A DNA stretch of 64,000 bases. Source: Octopus sinensis (lineage: Eukaryota). The translations under genes and the position numbers were made by a program. The stretch spans positions 153,512,001 to 153,576,000 of the forward strand of contig NC_043000.1 in NCBI RefSeq assembly GCF_006345805.1, given 5' to 3'. Under the pieces are notes generated by a model, which was not told the DNA's origin, did not search any database, and saw only the letters and a program-made list of their open reading frames with translations. This document shows, in pieces, positions 25,979-39,800 of the stretch; the first letter of the stretch is position 1; the number at the start of each line of letters is the position of its first letter.

Positions 25979-26031
25979 GAGCTTCTACAGGACTAGAACT
26001 GTTTCATTCAAGAGAAATCATCAGGAAGCTC
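25979..26031 (-). ncRNA. Type I hammerhead ribozyme motif
   Basis: Minus strand: GAGCTTC-CTGATGA-T TTC TCTT GAA T-GAAA-CAG TTCTAGTC CTG-TA-GAAGCTC. Perfect 7-bp stem I, intact core, GUA cleavage triplet, AATAAA about 10 nt after stem I. Confidence 0.85.
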
Positions 26032-26221
26032 ATATATATATATATATATTGTGTGTTGTTATAGATATATATGTATATTATATATATTATATATATATAA
26101 TATAATATATTAATATATATTATATACATATATATACACATATATAAGCACATATATATATATACACACACATATATTTGTATATATATATGTGTGTATA
26201 TGTATATATACGTATACATAT

Positions 26222-26424
26222 ATGATGCTCTTCCACTGCTGCTTGTGGTCAGAGATGTACATATCGTCAGCCACGAAGTGACATGCTCAGCTGGCTATAG
26301 TCAAACAACTGACAAGCAAATCTGTGGTAGTGAACAGAATATTTGCTGTAGCCCATCTTTCATACCAAGACAAAACATGTACATGATAAGATTTCCAACC
26401 AGTTAAGATCAAAAGCCATGAGAC
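26222..26424. mobile_element. Fragment of unclassified non-coding repeat D
   Basis: Matches the distal part of 42468-42920 and 43004-43550. Confidence 0.8.
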
Positions 26425-26519
26425 TCCTTCGTTCTTTCCTATGACAACATAATTAAATGAAATATAGCAAAAAATAAGGGCACCTCTCACACATTTCTGA
26501 AGTCACTACATAGGGTTGG

Positions 26520-27110
26520 TCGAGCACCCCACTACTCGGTCCAGCTGTCACGCATCCACAGCGCTTGTAAATATATTCTGCATTTTCCAACCCGCAACGA
26601 AAATGAATACGTCAAGATGTGATAGATCTTTGTTGAGTAGCTCACTTATAGCATATCATGGGAGTGTATTTAAAAAATCCTGCCCTGTTTCCCGTTTCTT
26701 ATTCAGCACAACGTCCTCATAACGAATTTTCAAAACGCTTTCTTTGTTCTCAGTGAAGAGTTGCGTATTCACAGGGTCGTGAATCAGATGTTGACATAGA
26801 TTTGTGGGTTCTTTTCTTAATTGGTTTTGCATGTCGTTGGTGTACATTGCTTTCTTGCTATATACTATTTTTTGCACTACACCTGACTGCTTTTACTGCT
26901 GTTGATCTTCCACATGCTAACTATTCTCTTGCGCCGATGAATTTATTCTGTTGGGAGGGGAATCTTAGCACTATATTTCGTCGTAAGAAATAAGGACGAT
27001 GCGAGTTTTCTGGCCCTCCTCAGAAGCGTCACCAGTGATCTCAAAACAGTAGATTTTGTATCCTGCTTTTGCTATTGTGGCGTCAGCTGTTCACCTTCCA
27101 TCTGCTTAAC
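26520..27110 (-). mobile_element. Possible RTE-type LINE AP-endonuclease remnant, highly degraded
   Basis: Minus strand SRWKVNS...AGYKIYC resembles the ETRWKG...GYKIYYSG segment of RTE endonucleases. The rest is ambiguous. Confidence 0.35.
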
Positions 27111-27854
27111 TGGTTCCACCAAGCAGAAAGAACTCAAGCGTATTTCACTTCTACATGTTTAGCAGCTAAGTTTCATGCTTTGCACCACTATCACACAGCA
27201 ATTCCTTCAACACCTATGACAGAGAACAAGTTCGAAATAGCTCTGTAACTTTAAGGAGTTTTTCAGGACTTTCATGGCTATTGAATTTTATTCGACTACA
27301 TACTGTACTTGATTACCTTGATAATTACCAACCACCTAATATTGCACCTTAAAAATGATGCTGAATCAAAGGTCAACATTCTTCGCTATCAACCCTGTAT
27401 TGCATTGCCCTATATATTGTGGCACCCGTGCATGGGCAGAGGCATGGCTTATCAAATCAGCTTGTTTCTTCACCTTTCCCCCCTTGTAAAAATTAAACAT
27501 ACAATTCTGTGATCCCTACCCGACCTATGCATTTCCTATTGTTATGGAATCCTGCTTCTCCCTTGTCTATGCATAGATACGTATCCTTTATTTTGCCTCA
27601 CTGTTGAATGGAATCATTTTGCAGATACGTGGCCTCCCTTGTCGCAAATTTCTATCAAACAATTTTTTTTTCGTAACGTCAAGCACTTCGCTGCTACAGA
27701 CGACTTAGCTTTTCCTTTTCATTCTTTCCTTCGTGTAGTAAAACCGTTTATGTTGCGTGCTTACTTAGTTGTTGTTATTGTTTCTGATCTCTTTATTTTT
27801 GTATAGTTGAAATTCGAATTTCGGAAAGATATTGGATTAGCAGAATTGATAGAA

Positions 27855-27920
27855 TGAGTTCAAATTCCGCCGAGACCAACCTTTTATCATTTTCTAGGGT
27901 AGATAAAATAAAGTACTTGG
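27855..27920 (+). mobile_element. SINE family B fragment
   Basis: GAGTTCAAATTCCGCCGAG...TAGATAAAATAAAGTAC. Confidence 0.65.
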
Positions 27921-28440
27921 ATTGATTAAATTAAGTACTTAATGAAATCAACCCCACAACCCAGAAAGAAGAGATCTGTCTAGTATACCTGATTTACTTC
28001 TGTTTTCGACCATATAAGGAAGAAAACTATGGCAATTGAACTCAAAATGCTGAAAAAATGTAACAAAAATAATAGGAATCATTTTGTACGCTTAGCAATG
28101 ATTTGCAAAACTGCTCTCAAAATAATTTTTAACAAACCCACCAGACCATAAATTAGTGTACGGAATTGTTGATTATATTGATTAGAGTATTCTTGTGATA
28201 CATTATAAACTTCTAAAACACAAAAGACAAAATTAACTTAGGAATATCAGCTTAGAACATTAAAGAGCCAGAACAAGTACCACCACACTGTCACAGTCAG
28301 CACTTTCGAGATCGTCCACAGTAATTTGACAATTATTTTCTCAATCCCCCACCAACACAAATAAATAAATAAATAAATATGAATGGTAAAGTTAATTCCA
28401 GCTGGATCTGAAACTTAGAAACGATAAGTAAAATATATTT

Positions 28441-28831
28441 TTTTTTACTTGTTTCAGTCATTTGACTGTGGCCATGCTGGAGCACCGCCTTTAGTCAAGC
28501 AAATCGACCCCGGGGCTTATTCTTTGTAAGCCCAGTACTTATTCTATCGGTCTCTTTTGCCGAACCGCTAAGTAACGGGGACGTAAACACACCAGCATCG
28601 GTTGTCAAGCAATGCTAGAGGGACAAACACAGACACACAAACACACACACACATATATATATATACATATATACGACGGGCTTCTTTCAGTTTCCGTCTA
28701 CCAAATCCACTCACAAGGTATTGGTCGACCCGGTGCTATAGCAGAAGACACTTGCCCAAGATGCCACGCAGTGGGACTGAACCCGTAACTATGTGGTTGG
28801 TTAGCAAGCTACTTACCACACAGCCACTCCT
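28441..28831 (-). mobile_element. SINE family A, full length
   Basis: Collinear reverse complement of 63364-63812. tRNA-like head AGGAGTGGCTGTGTGGTAAG...GGTTCAGTCCC and internal TA/GT tract. Confidence 0.92.
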
Positions 28832-29215
28832 TGTATATGTTGAGCATTTTCCGACTCTTAGACTTGTTATAAGCTTCTTTCCTTCCAATTGATTTGATAA
28901 ACCATAGAAAATATGTTCTCAGATAACTGAATGTTTGAATATATTTTCTAAAATAGGGATAGTGGAAGTCATTGCAACCTCGTCTAACAAATAGAAATCT
29001 GGGTTCAATATAAGAGTATTTTCTTTGAGTAGAATAAAAACGGACACATGTAAAAATACCTATATATTCATATAATCAGCTGTGTTTTAGTTTTTGCTGT
29101 GTGTGGTGTGTGTGCGTGTGTGCGTGTGCGTGTGCGTGTGTGTGTGTGCGTGCGTGTGTGTGTGTGCGTGTGTGTGTGTACAGGTGTTTAAGTAAATCTC
29201 CACTGTCCGTTATGC

Positions 29216-29282
29216 TTCTATTGACCTAAATGTGGTTTACAGCCGTCTAGTCAATACAGTAATATTCTTATTCTTACTACTA

Positions 29283-29314
<32 letters not shown>

Positions 29315-29581
29315 TTACTATACTACTACTATTACTACACTACTACTACTACGATACTACTATACTACTACTACTACTATACTAAATAAAATAATAATGA
29401 TAATAATAATTTGCTATCTAACAAAATCGTTAGCGCCATGGGCGAAATGCTTAGCGATATTTCGTCTTTCTTTTATGTTCTGACTTCAAATTCCGCCAGT
29501 TGGACATGGGGTCGATGTAATCAACTTAACACCTTCCCCAAATTTCAGGCCTTGTGCATATAGTAGAAAATTCTTCTTCGT

Positions 29582-29612
<31 letters not shown>

Positions 29613-29821
29613 TCTTTTCTTCTTCTTCTTCTCTTTCTCCTTCTTCTCTCTCTCTTTTTCTTCCCCTTCTTCTTCTTCTTTTCTTCTTCTTTCTTATTCT
29701 TCTTCTCTTTCTTCTTCTTCTTCTTCTTCTTCTTCTTCTTCTTCTTCTCCTCCTTCTTCTTTTCTCTTCTCTTCTCTTCTTTCTTCTTCTTCTTTTCTTC
29801 TTTTCTTCTCCTTCTTCTTCT
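29216..29821 (+). repeat. Local duplication, copy 1 (unique flank, CTA/ATA repeats, deleted SINE B, TTC repeat)
   Basis: Near-identical non-repeat segments recur at 35286-35811. Confidence 0.9.
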
Positions 29822-30427
29822 CATATGTATAAAATGATTACACCCAAATATAAACAAAATATAAAGTAGAAATAACCGGAAAGCCCACACCGGCAACGCA
29901 CAGGGCACACGCGCGCACACATATTCTTGGGGATTGTTGTGTTATTTCTATAACTTTCCTCTTAATTGTTATCTCTGTGATCCTACCACTATTGTAAGAG
30001 TACACGCCTAGATTAGTCTAATTTTGTCAACTTTACGCACACTAGTGCATTTGCCCCTACGGTGTTTGCTTGTTGGGAATCTCCTTCACAGTTATTATTG
30101 TTGATTTTGAAAATCTTTATTTTTATTCTACATATTTCTTTCATTATGGTTTCAGTGTCCCAAAGTTTCCCACTTACACGCATGCACACAGACAGAAACT
30201 CAAAGGAAAATAAGCACACATACAGATGTAAATGCGGTTATATTTTGCTTATGTCATAGTCTGTAGTAGCTTATTGTGTGTGTTTGCGTATACAAGAGTC
30301 TAAAGTTTCCGTTAAAGTACCATTTTAAAGGTAATTATCTTTATTATTGTAAATTCTAAAAGTAGCGTACTCACTTAGAACTCTTTGTCAATGAGTTATT
30401 AAATGTGTTATTAACTATTATTATAAA

Positions 30428-30828
30428 CTAGCAGTATCGCTCGGCGTTGCTCGGGTTTGTAAGGGAAATAACTATATAAGCATTTTTAGAGAGTTATAGC
30501 CAAAAAATAGCAAAGAAATGCATTAAAAATTGGAAAAAAAATGATGGTAAATTTTTTTAAAAGTCGTTGACTCATCGTAGACATTTTTAGAGAGTTACTT
30601 CCCTTATATAATAGCGAAAAAATGCATTAAAATGGAAAAAAATGATGGGTAATTATTTTAAAATCGTAGTAGACTCATCGTAGACGCGCGCTAATACCCA
30701 GAAGGGCTCGATATGAATCACAACTATAAGATACCCGGTTTTGGTTAAACTGCACCGCAAAATGTGGGAGTAGTTAGGAATCTAAATCGTAGAAGACAGA
30801 CACACAACTTCACTTTTATATATAAAGA
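30428..30828 (-). mobile_element. Non-autonomous Helitron, subfamily H1
   Basis: Minus strand A|TCTTTATATATAAAAG...CCCGAGCAACGCCGAGCGATACTG-CTAG|T: 5' TC, 3' CTAG, subterminal GC hairpin, A|T target site. Confidence 0.85.
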
Positions 30829-31874
30829 TTATCTTTATTATTGTAAATTCTAAAAGTAGCTTACTCACTTAGAACTGTTTGTCAATGGGTTATTAAATGT
30901 GTTATTAACTATTATTATAAATATCTAAATTAATTTTAAAACGTTTGTAGAGATAGTCTTTTATTACATCTATTCGCAGATGCATTCTTGGTCCCCTGCC
31001 GCGCGATGTTGAGGTTTACCAAACGTATATCTAATTATATTATGGCTATTGGTATCACTTGTATGCTAAAGCATGTTTCTTAATTAAATTGGCGTCACTC
31101 AACACATTTTATCTTTTCTTTTAAGTTCTTATTGTTATTCTTCCAAAGTACAAATTGCCGTTTTCAGATTTCTATTTATTTCACGAGACTTTTTTCTTTT
31201 TCAAATTGTTTTCTTTTCTTTACTTTTTCTTTTTTATAAAACATCACTATTCTATTTAAGGTTTCTGTGATACCGAGGGAAGAATAGACGATGGTCTATT
31301 GCAACAACAGCTCTTCTGCATTTACATTTGTCATTTTGTTAAATGTTGTATTAGCACTTCACTTACATTATTTTTGCTTGGCTTTTATATATTATTTCTA
31401 TTTGATTCTTTTTGTTGCTAGTTTTATTTCACTTCTCTTTCACTTTCCTTCTACTTCTTTTGTCCCCCCCCCCTCTCTCTGTCTCCCTCTCTCTCTCTCT
31501 CTCCCTCTCTCTCTCTCTCTCTCCCCCTCTCTCTCTCTCTCTCTCTCTCCCTCTCTCTTTCTCTCTCCGACATTGCTAATCTGAAACACTGTGCTCTTCT
31601 GCAATAAAGAAACTTTTGTTGAGGACTAACAAGTTTACGCTGGCATCAGAAATCTTCATACACTTAACTTGCAAGGCTTTCTCCGTTAGTGCCCCAGGTA
31701 GTGTAAACAAAGCTGATTAAGACAACAGAAATTTGAAGTGAAGTAATAAATTTACCAAATCTGAGTCTTTGCAGCTTTTGGAAATTTCAATGCATTTCAA
31801 AATGTGTAATTACTTGCCACAATTAAAAAACAGACTGGAAAAATATAATATTGGCCAGAAAATGAAATTGGTAT

Positions 31875-32030
31875 GTTAGTTAATTAGTTAGTTAATTTGG
31901 CTCAAAAGCAAATAGCAAGGCCATGTAGGGGGACATGGAGTTAAGTACAGGGTGGTGTTCATGTAAAGAGTTCAGGCCACTTGTGGTCCAGGGAGGCTTT
32001 GAACAAAGCGGTCGTCGGCATCTTCACCAT
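31875..32030 (-). mobile_element. CR1 LINE 3' end, (AACT)n family, copy 2
   Basis: Reverse-complement match to the 3' ends at 6210-6364 and 34480-34640. Confidence 0.9.
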
Positions 32031-32206
32031 ATACTCATAATAAACATTTCTATTTAACAGTGGATAATGAAGAATTTATTCGTACTATTCTTTATGTTGA
32101 AGCTGTAATTTACAAAATACATTACATTGGCAACATATACATTTTATAATAGGTTTTTTTATACGCATTCAAGATGGAATTTTATTCTCTTTCTCTTTCT
32201 CTTTTT

Positions 32207-32420
32207 CTCTTTTACTTGTTTCAGTCATTTGACTGCGGCCATGCTGGAGCACCACCTTTTAGTACTTATTCTATCGGTCTCTTTGTGCCGAACCGCTAAG
32301 TTACGGGGACATAAACACACCAGCATCGGTTGTCAAGCAATGCTAGGGGGACAAACACAGACACACAAACACACACACACATATACATATATATACATAT
32401 ATACGACAGGCTTCTTTCAG
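32207..32420 (-). mobile_element. SINE family A, 3' half with internal deletion
   Basis: Matches 28441-28690. Confidence 0.85.
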
Positions 32421-32906
32421 AATTTTATAATCTACTGGAATTTTATTATGCTATTTTATTATTTTCATCACATTTCTTTCTTTTCTGTTAACCTTTTTTT
32501 TTTTTTTCGTATTTCACAAAATTGAGATCTGGCTAATTGCTCTGACATCCAAACAAGATATTCAGTTTCACATTTGGTGTACAAATAAGTAATTTCAAAG
32601 GACCTAGCAAACATTTTATTAGCTAATGGTTTAACTGCTTTATAGTGTCTCACTTTTGTTGGGACCTCTGAAATAATAATTCATTTATTGCGTTATCATA
32701 AATATGAATGTAAATAATTTAAGCATAAATTAGAATGTTTAATTAAGTTCCCAATTTAGGAAACAAACTCAGGCCAAATCTTTGGAAATCAAGACAACTA
32801 CGATTGATATGTGTTTTATTATATGAATAATAATATTCATGTGAGCAGGAAAAGAGTCCATATTTCCACAATTAATATTGTCTGGGAATATCTTTTATCT
32901 TTTACC

Positions 32907-33222
32907 TTTTATTTGCCTCAGTCATTGGATTACGGCCATGGTGGGACACAATAATTTAGTAGAACGAACCGACCCCCAGTATTGATTTCTTAAAGCCTGG
33001 TACTTATTCTATTGACCTCTTATGCCGAACTGCTAAACCAGTCAAAATTGGTTCTCAAGTGGTGATGGTGGTGGAAGCACAAACACAAATACGCACACCC
33101 ACACAGATAATCACACACACACACATACACATACAAAAAACTTCGTTCAGTCCCCCTCTACCATATCCACTAACAAGACTTTAGCTGGCCTAGAGTAATA
33201 GTAATATACTTGCCCCAGGTGC
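32907..33222 (-). mobile_element. Old SINE family A copy
   Basis: Diverged match (CAGTCATTGGATTACGGCCATG, GCCGAACTGCTAA, CCATATCCACTAACAAG). Confidence 0.65.
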
Positions 33223-34146
33223 TAATTAGATAGGGTGTTATCGTTTGTATAATGTTCACCTCTGTGATACAATATGGGCAGGAATTGGATAGCCAGGAAG
33301 ACAAATCCTAGTGGCTCTCAGACCTGAAAGACCTCTGAGCATGTACCCATCAAGGATACAGAAAGAAAAAGCTGGATTTGTAAGAATAACCTAGTTTCAA
33401 TGCCAAATAAAGCCATTGCTATTTGTAATCTTTCTACTCGAAATAATTTATGAAGCAGGAAACAAAAACAGCAGAGCCAGCAAAAACATATACAAGGTTT
33501 TTCAAAGCATAACCAGTCAGAGATGACGAATGACATTACTTTTATCTCCGTTCCGAAAACCAACGATCAGGAATTTCTGCGAATCAAGAAGAAAATAATA
33601 TAGTCATAACTTGTTACTAGAACAGCCGGAATATTGATGCATACTACTAAATATATATATATTTTTCCCTTTAGTTCTCTTTTAAGTATTAACCTGTTGC
33701 CTCTATAGTTTTTCCTAACATTTTCTTTTACTTGTGTTGTGCTCTGTCTAGTACATCGATTTCAAAGTACCTCTCTTCGTGGTTGGTTTGACATATCTTT
33801 CTAATCTTTGCATTCTATATGAATTCCATTGGTAAATCTATGTCCTAGTGGTAGAAGACTTTCATACCAAAAAATGAATATGTAGCCGAGCTCACCTTTT
33901 TTAACTTAATAGTAAAATAGTAATTATGCTAGGCAAACAAAAGTATAGTGCTGTACCATCAGAATTGTTTGCAATTTACTCATGACATGCCCAATGCGTA
34001 AATGCATTATTGGTGTTACCATTCTTAGGTATCACTTTGGAAACAAATTCAAAACGCTAGTGGTTATCAGTTAACGCCATACCCAGAACTTTCTCCTTCT
34101 ACTGTCCTCAGTTAAAGATTTATTGATCAGTTGCCCGTTTTTACAA

Positions 34147-34640
34147 CTATATCTCCTCAAAGACATACAGCATCTCGAAAGAGTCCAGAAGCTGGCTACC
34201 CGCATGGTTCTTCGTCTCAAGAATTTGTCTTATGAAGAAAGGCTGAAGACGATCGACCTTTATTCTCTAGAAAAACGACGACGCCGTGGTGATCTCATTC
34301 TTGCTCACAACATCATAAGCGGAAAGTGTAACCTCTCGAAAGAGCTGTTCTTCACTCCTGCTCCAGAGCATCGGCTGCAGAGTCACTCCGAAAAGCTCTA
34401 TATGCGACGATTTCATCTCAATCGAAGTAGAGGGGCTTTCTTCGTCCGGGTTGCGGATCCGTGGAATAAGCTGCCGGACGAGATGGTGAAGATGCCGACG
34501 ACCGCTCGGTTCAAAGTCTCCCTTGACCACAAGTGGCGTGAACTCTTTACATGAACACCACCCTGTACATAACTCCATGTCCCCCTACATGGCCTTGCTT
34601 TTTGCTGTTTGAGCCAAAAAATTAACTAACTAACTAACTA
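34147..34640 (+). mobile_element. CR1 LINE 3' end, (AACT)n family, copy 3 (longest)
   Basis: LERVQKLATRMV...LSYEERL...YSLEKRRRRGDLI is the canonical CR1 ORF2 C-terminus. AACT tail follows. Confidence 0.92.
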
Positions 34641-35285
34641 TATACGTTCCATCTCCAAAAGTACCTTTCCTTATATCGGTGCCTTTTTTAGATGTTTATT
34701 TTTCTCTGCAATATTATTGCAATTAAGACTTGTCAGACCGAGAAATCAGGTTATGGAGCTGTGAATTTTAGTATTATTGTTTATTTATTCTATGGGATTG
34801 AACTGTTTATTCACGGTTCTGTCAGTATTATATGAAACCTTGTCTGCTGGTAACTTATGTATCACTGTTAAGAGATTTAATCAGAAGTTCGCAACATTAT
34901 CCTGTATTAGTTATACGACTTCCCTTGTTTTGGTCTTCTACAACTGATCACATGTTTTGTTGTTTGCTTCGGGAAATGAGAGAGAATTTCCAATTTGAAA
35001 AGGAAGGTGTGCATTGATAGGGAAGTGCATTCCACCCCCTCCCCAGTAAATTTGAGGAAAGGTGGGTAAATGTAGGGAGGATGACCCAAATAATAGCTTA
35101 CTCTAAGATAGGACATTTAGAAGAGAGACACCACGTGGTAGAGGGGGCACTAGCAAGTGGTGCTCTTGACGGTCGAGTTGACACAAGATTCGTGAGTCGT
35201 CTGGATCCTTGGTTACCCACCTGGGTGGTACTCCTCCCAATTAGGGTATTTTGTTATAAATTTCTTGTTGTTATCGTACACGTGT

Positions 35286-35813
<528 letters not shown>

Positions 35814-35832
35814 TTATTATTATTATTATTAC

Positions 35833-35878
<46 letters not shown>

Positions 35879-35942
35879 TCTCATTATTATTATTAGTAGT
35901 AGTAGTTGTAGTAGTCGTAGCAGCAGCAGCACTTGTAGCTGT

Positions 35943-35983
<41 letters not shown>

Positions 35984-36477
35984 AAGCAGTAGTAGTAGTA
36001 ACATGCTTTAGACTGTTTTATGAGAGATTCCACTGTACTTCGGTGGCTCAGAGATGGTAGTATCGAGAATATACAATCGTGTTTTCTCTACATCAACGCA
36101 TTAATTTTGTTTCGTTGCATTAGATTTATTGTTTTTGATATTGTTTTAATGTTTTGTTTGTCATGCGCGGCATGTACCATGTAAGTTATATTATTTTGTA
36201 GAGTAGTATTTGGGTTTCGTAAGTGCTGTGAGACTAGTTTTATTTATTCTAGTGCCAGATGTTGATTACGTAGACTGTGAGCTGTGTGACTTGTTACATT
36301 AGCAGGTAAACACTGTGTAGAATGTGAGGTGTGTGAAATGTTGGTATTATATTCTCGGTTACTGACTGTACACAGACACTTACGTGTATGTATAGTGAAG
36401 TGTCTTTTAGTGGCGACTCCATTGAGCTTATGTCTGTACGCGAAATGTGTTAGTTTATTGGTTAATTATTGCGATGT

Positions 36478-36780
36478 GATCACGTGATCACGTGACCGAC
36501 CAGACCATCAGATGTTGTTACACATTGCTGGTCACAATGCGTTCGCATTGTTTTAGCCTTCGAGTGACGCCACCCCGCTGGCTAAGCGAGCAGGCCAACT
36601 GAAGAAAGAGTGAGAGAAAGAGTGGTGAAGGAGTACAGCAGGGATCACCCCCCCCTGCCGGAGCCTCGTGGAGCTTTTAGGTGTTTTCGCTCAATAAACA
36701 CACACAACGCCCGGTCTGGGAATATCGAAACCGTGATCCTACGACCGCAAGTCCGCTGCCCTAACCACTAGGCCATTGCG
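36478..36780 (-). mobile_element. SINE family C, tail type 3 ((GATCACGT)n tail)
   Basis: Reverse complement of 59174-59491. ATTGCGATGT is repeated at 36468-36477 and 36775-36784 (TSD-like). Confidence 0.9.
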
Positions 36781-36812
36781 ATGTATGCACAAAGATAACT
36801 GCTTGAGCTGAG

Positions 36813-39800
36813 CTATTGAACTGAAAGTGTATCGTGCAGGATGTTGGTTGTGGCGAGCAGCCACCTTTTAGACAGTATGGAACGAAGAGCTCCAGGTATG
36901 GTTTGTAGTTTTTCTACGCATTATACATTACTCCGTACTCCAATAACCTCTTATCATACCTCGTTCTCTAGTTATTACAAGTGCTCTGTTGGCGTTCATA
37001 CCCGGCATCCAATTTATTTTAATTAAAATATCTTAGTACTTTAATAGTTTTTCCCGCTCCTTTTGAGCAAATATTTTGGTCTGGAAAACATTAAGATTCC
37101 TATCAAGAGATAGGCATTTCCTTTTCTGTTCTTGATAATTATATCTCAGAGACATACCTTCTTCTCCATGTAAATATGGATAATTTTGCTCCAGAAACGT
37201 GACCCAAGTCATTGTCCTTTACTGTTTTTGGTCTCGTGTTCACACCGCTCATTCATTTCTACGTTGAAGTGTCGGTGTACTGCTCAGTGAATTTTTTGCC
37301 GACTCGGTCGTGTCTGCGATTATATTGCGTCAACCCATAAATAATGTGGTTTTTCAATTGCATGAAATAAAAGTCGGAGGGGGGCACGATAAATTACCTG
37401 CATCAACTTGCTATAAAAGCAGGTATTAATTTTACCTTTTACTTATTCTTATTCTTATTACCTTTTATTTATTCTTATCTTACTTATTCAAAATCATTTA
37501 AACGGAAAAAATATGAATTCTGGAGACGAATTCAGAACAGTACTGGCAGAGTATTTTTCGCCACGGACAAGTGGATTTTGGAAGAGGGGCCTTGCAAGTC
37601 TACCAGATGGAAGGAACTGCATTGTAGAAAATGAAGGAGAGTACATTTTATATTTAAAAAGAACTTTATTTATCTTAATTTTGAAAAATAAAGACGTATA
37701 AAAAAAACCGTATTATTTTTGGGATGGCCCAGTACTTGGAAATGAAAAATACTGGGCGGTTAAAAATGATGTAGTCAAATGTTTCAATCTTCCGAACTTG
37801 TTTTTTCTATTATTTTCGTTATTATTTGTTGCTAGGTATTAGTTTCTGCATATAAAATCAAACCCGTTTCTACTTTTATACCAGAGTTTTGGAACCATTA
37901 TCGGATCTCACTTTGTCTTACTTCCTCTCCGCCGAGTATTGTATATCAGCTATGAAACATCATTTTTTCCGCCTTATTCATCAGTACATTGTTGGATACC
38001 GATTTGACATCGGTTTGCTTTTAAAAACATTTCTAAGGTTGTTCCTATATACATATATTGTCTTCCGATTTACATAGCTTCTAGCTTGCACTTTATAATT
38101 TCCATATATACAGAGAAATGTTCTTGTTTTGTTATATTTTTATCATATTTCCTTTTTACATTAATAAATTTCCTTTTGTTTCTTTCAAATTATTGTTGTA
38201 TTCCATTGCTGTTATTTCGTAGTAGTTCCTTACGCATATCAGCATCCACTACATCCACCTTGAGTGCCAGACACTTATTTTCCATGTATATCAGATTTAC
38301 TATGGAGGCGTAGGATGCAATTCGTCTCCCTGCAGGACGCAAGTCATGCATGATCTGCTTTATGTTGACATGTAATTTACGATTAGAACAATGAGTGTTC
38401 ATATACCTATACAAATATTTATTCTACCCAGAAATATTTGTATAGGTGCCTATGTCTCATTTTCTGGTTTCAGTGCCTTGATCTAATTTAATGTTCTCAG
38501 TTTTAAAGTGCATTATTTATAGGAACACTTTTGTTTCCGTTCCTACATACATACTGAAGAATTAATAGGGTTTCGAACGTAATATTACTCTTTGTATATA
38601 TTTTGAAGCCATTCGCATAGAGGAGATGTTTTATTGCTTGTTCGGAGCATTCATTATTTCATTTAACTGTTGTGTAGAGCAAGACAGGTACAGAGAGATA
38701 AGTCTCCATGAAAGACACCTTTTTATGGGTATATGGTCAGTTTTATTTTTTCATGCTCATATCTTTATGCCATTTCAACTATGTCATTTCGATATGGCAT
38801 AGTTGATGCAATGAGGCTACTATTGAGGCTACTTTATTTATTTGGAGTGCCTCCAGTAATGAAGAGTATTGTATCCTTTTTCGTAATAAATCCAGACCAT
38901 GCCAATATTTATTTTCCCTTTGTTGCTATCTTCGGTTTACAATAAGTTACTCTTTACAAGTCTTATATTTTTCCTGTCAAGTGAGATATGTATAATATCT
39001 CTGGTTTCTAGTAGAATTGTTCCTAGTAAGAAATCAACCCTTTGTAAGCATTGAATATAAGGGTCTTGTATGTTGTTATGTTGTGGCAAATACGTTTTCT
39101 ATAATTTTGTTTTGGAGGAATTAATGCTTTTTACCACCACACCCCTTCTCAAGCCATTCGGGTGCTGGTCCTGACCTCATTATCAATTCACAGAATGCAT
39201 CGGTATTATTCAAGTCCTTCAGCGAGAAATTGGGCACCTTTTCAAACCCAATGAATTTGCGGTTGCTTGCATTACTTACTGTTTCGTTGAGTCCCGTTAC
39301 CAGCTTTGATAGGCCATACTAGAGGTGTTAATATATTTTCACCTCTTCCATCTCGATCAGTTGAGCAGAATGTTTTTCTTCAATATTATTTTCAAGTTCA
39401 ATTTCTGTATCTGTATCTGCTGGTGTTTTCTCTTGAGATGAGTTTGTTTTTACATTAAATGTCACTGAAAATCTTTTGGTATTTGATGAAAGTGCCCTAT
39501 TTACCTGGTAAAGCAATTTATCAAGCATGTTTTGCTGGTATGATTTACTTAAGCTTTTATTTTGCTTTTAGTGTATCATCTTTCTTATTCATATACATTT
39601 TTTTTTTATTTCGCTTCTTTCTTTTTTCACTTTTTATGTGAGATTTCTCAGTTTGCATTTCGTTAACAAACAGAACTTTCAAAACTATTATGCTGTATAT
39701 TTTTGTTGTCATTTTAATGGAAGTAGAATATTAGAGGGTTCTTACTATATTATGGAGAGGAGAAACAATGTCTGGTTCTATTAGGATCAGGTCCTGTCTC

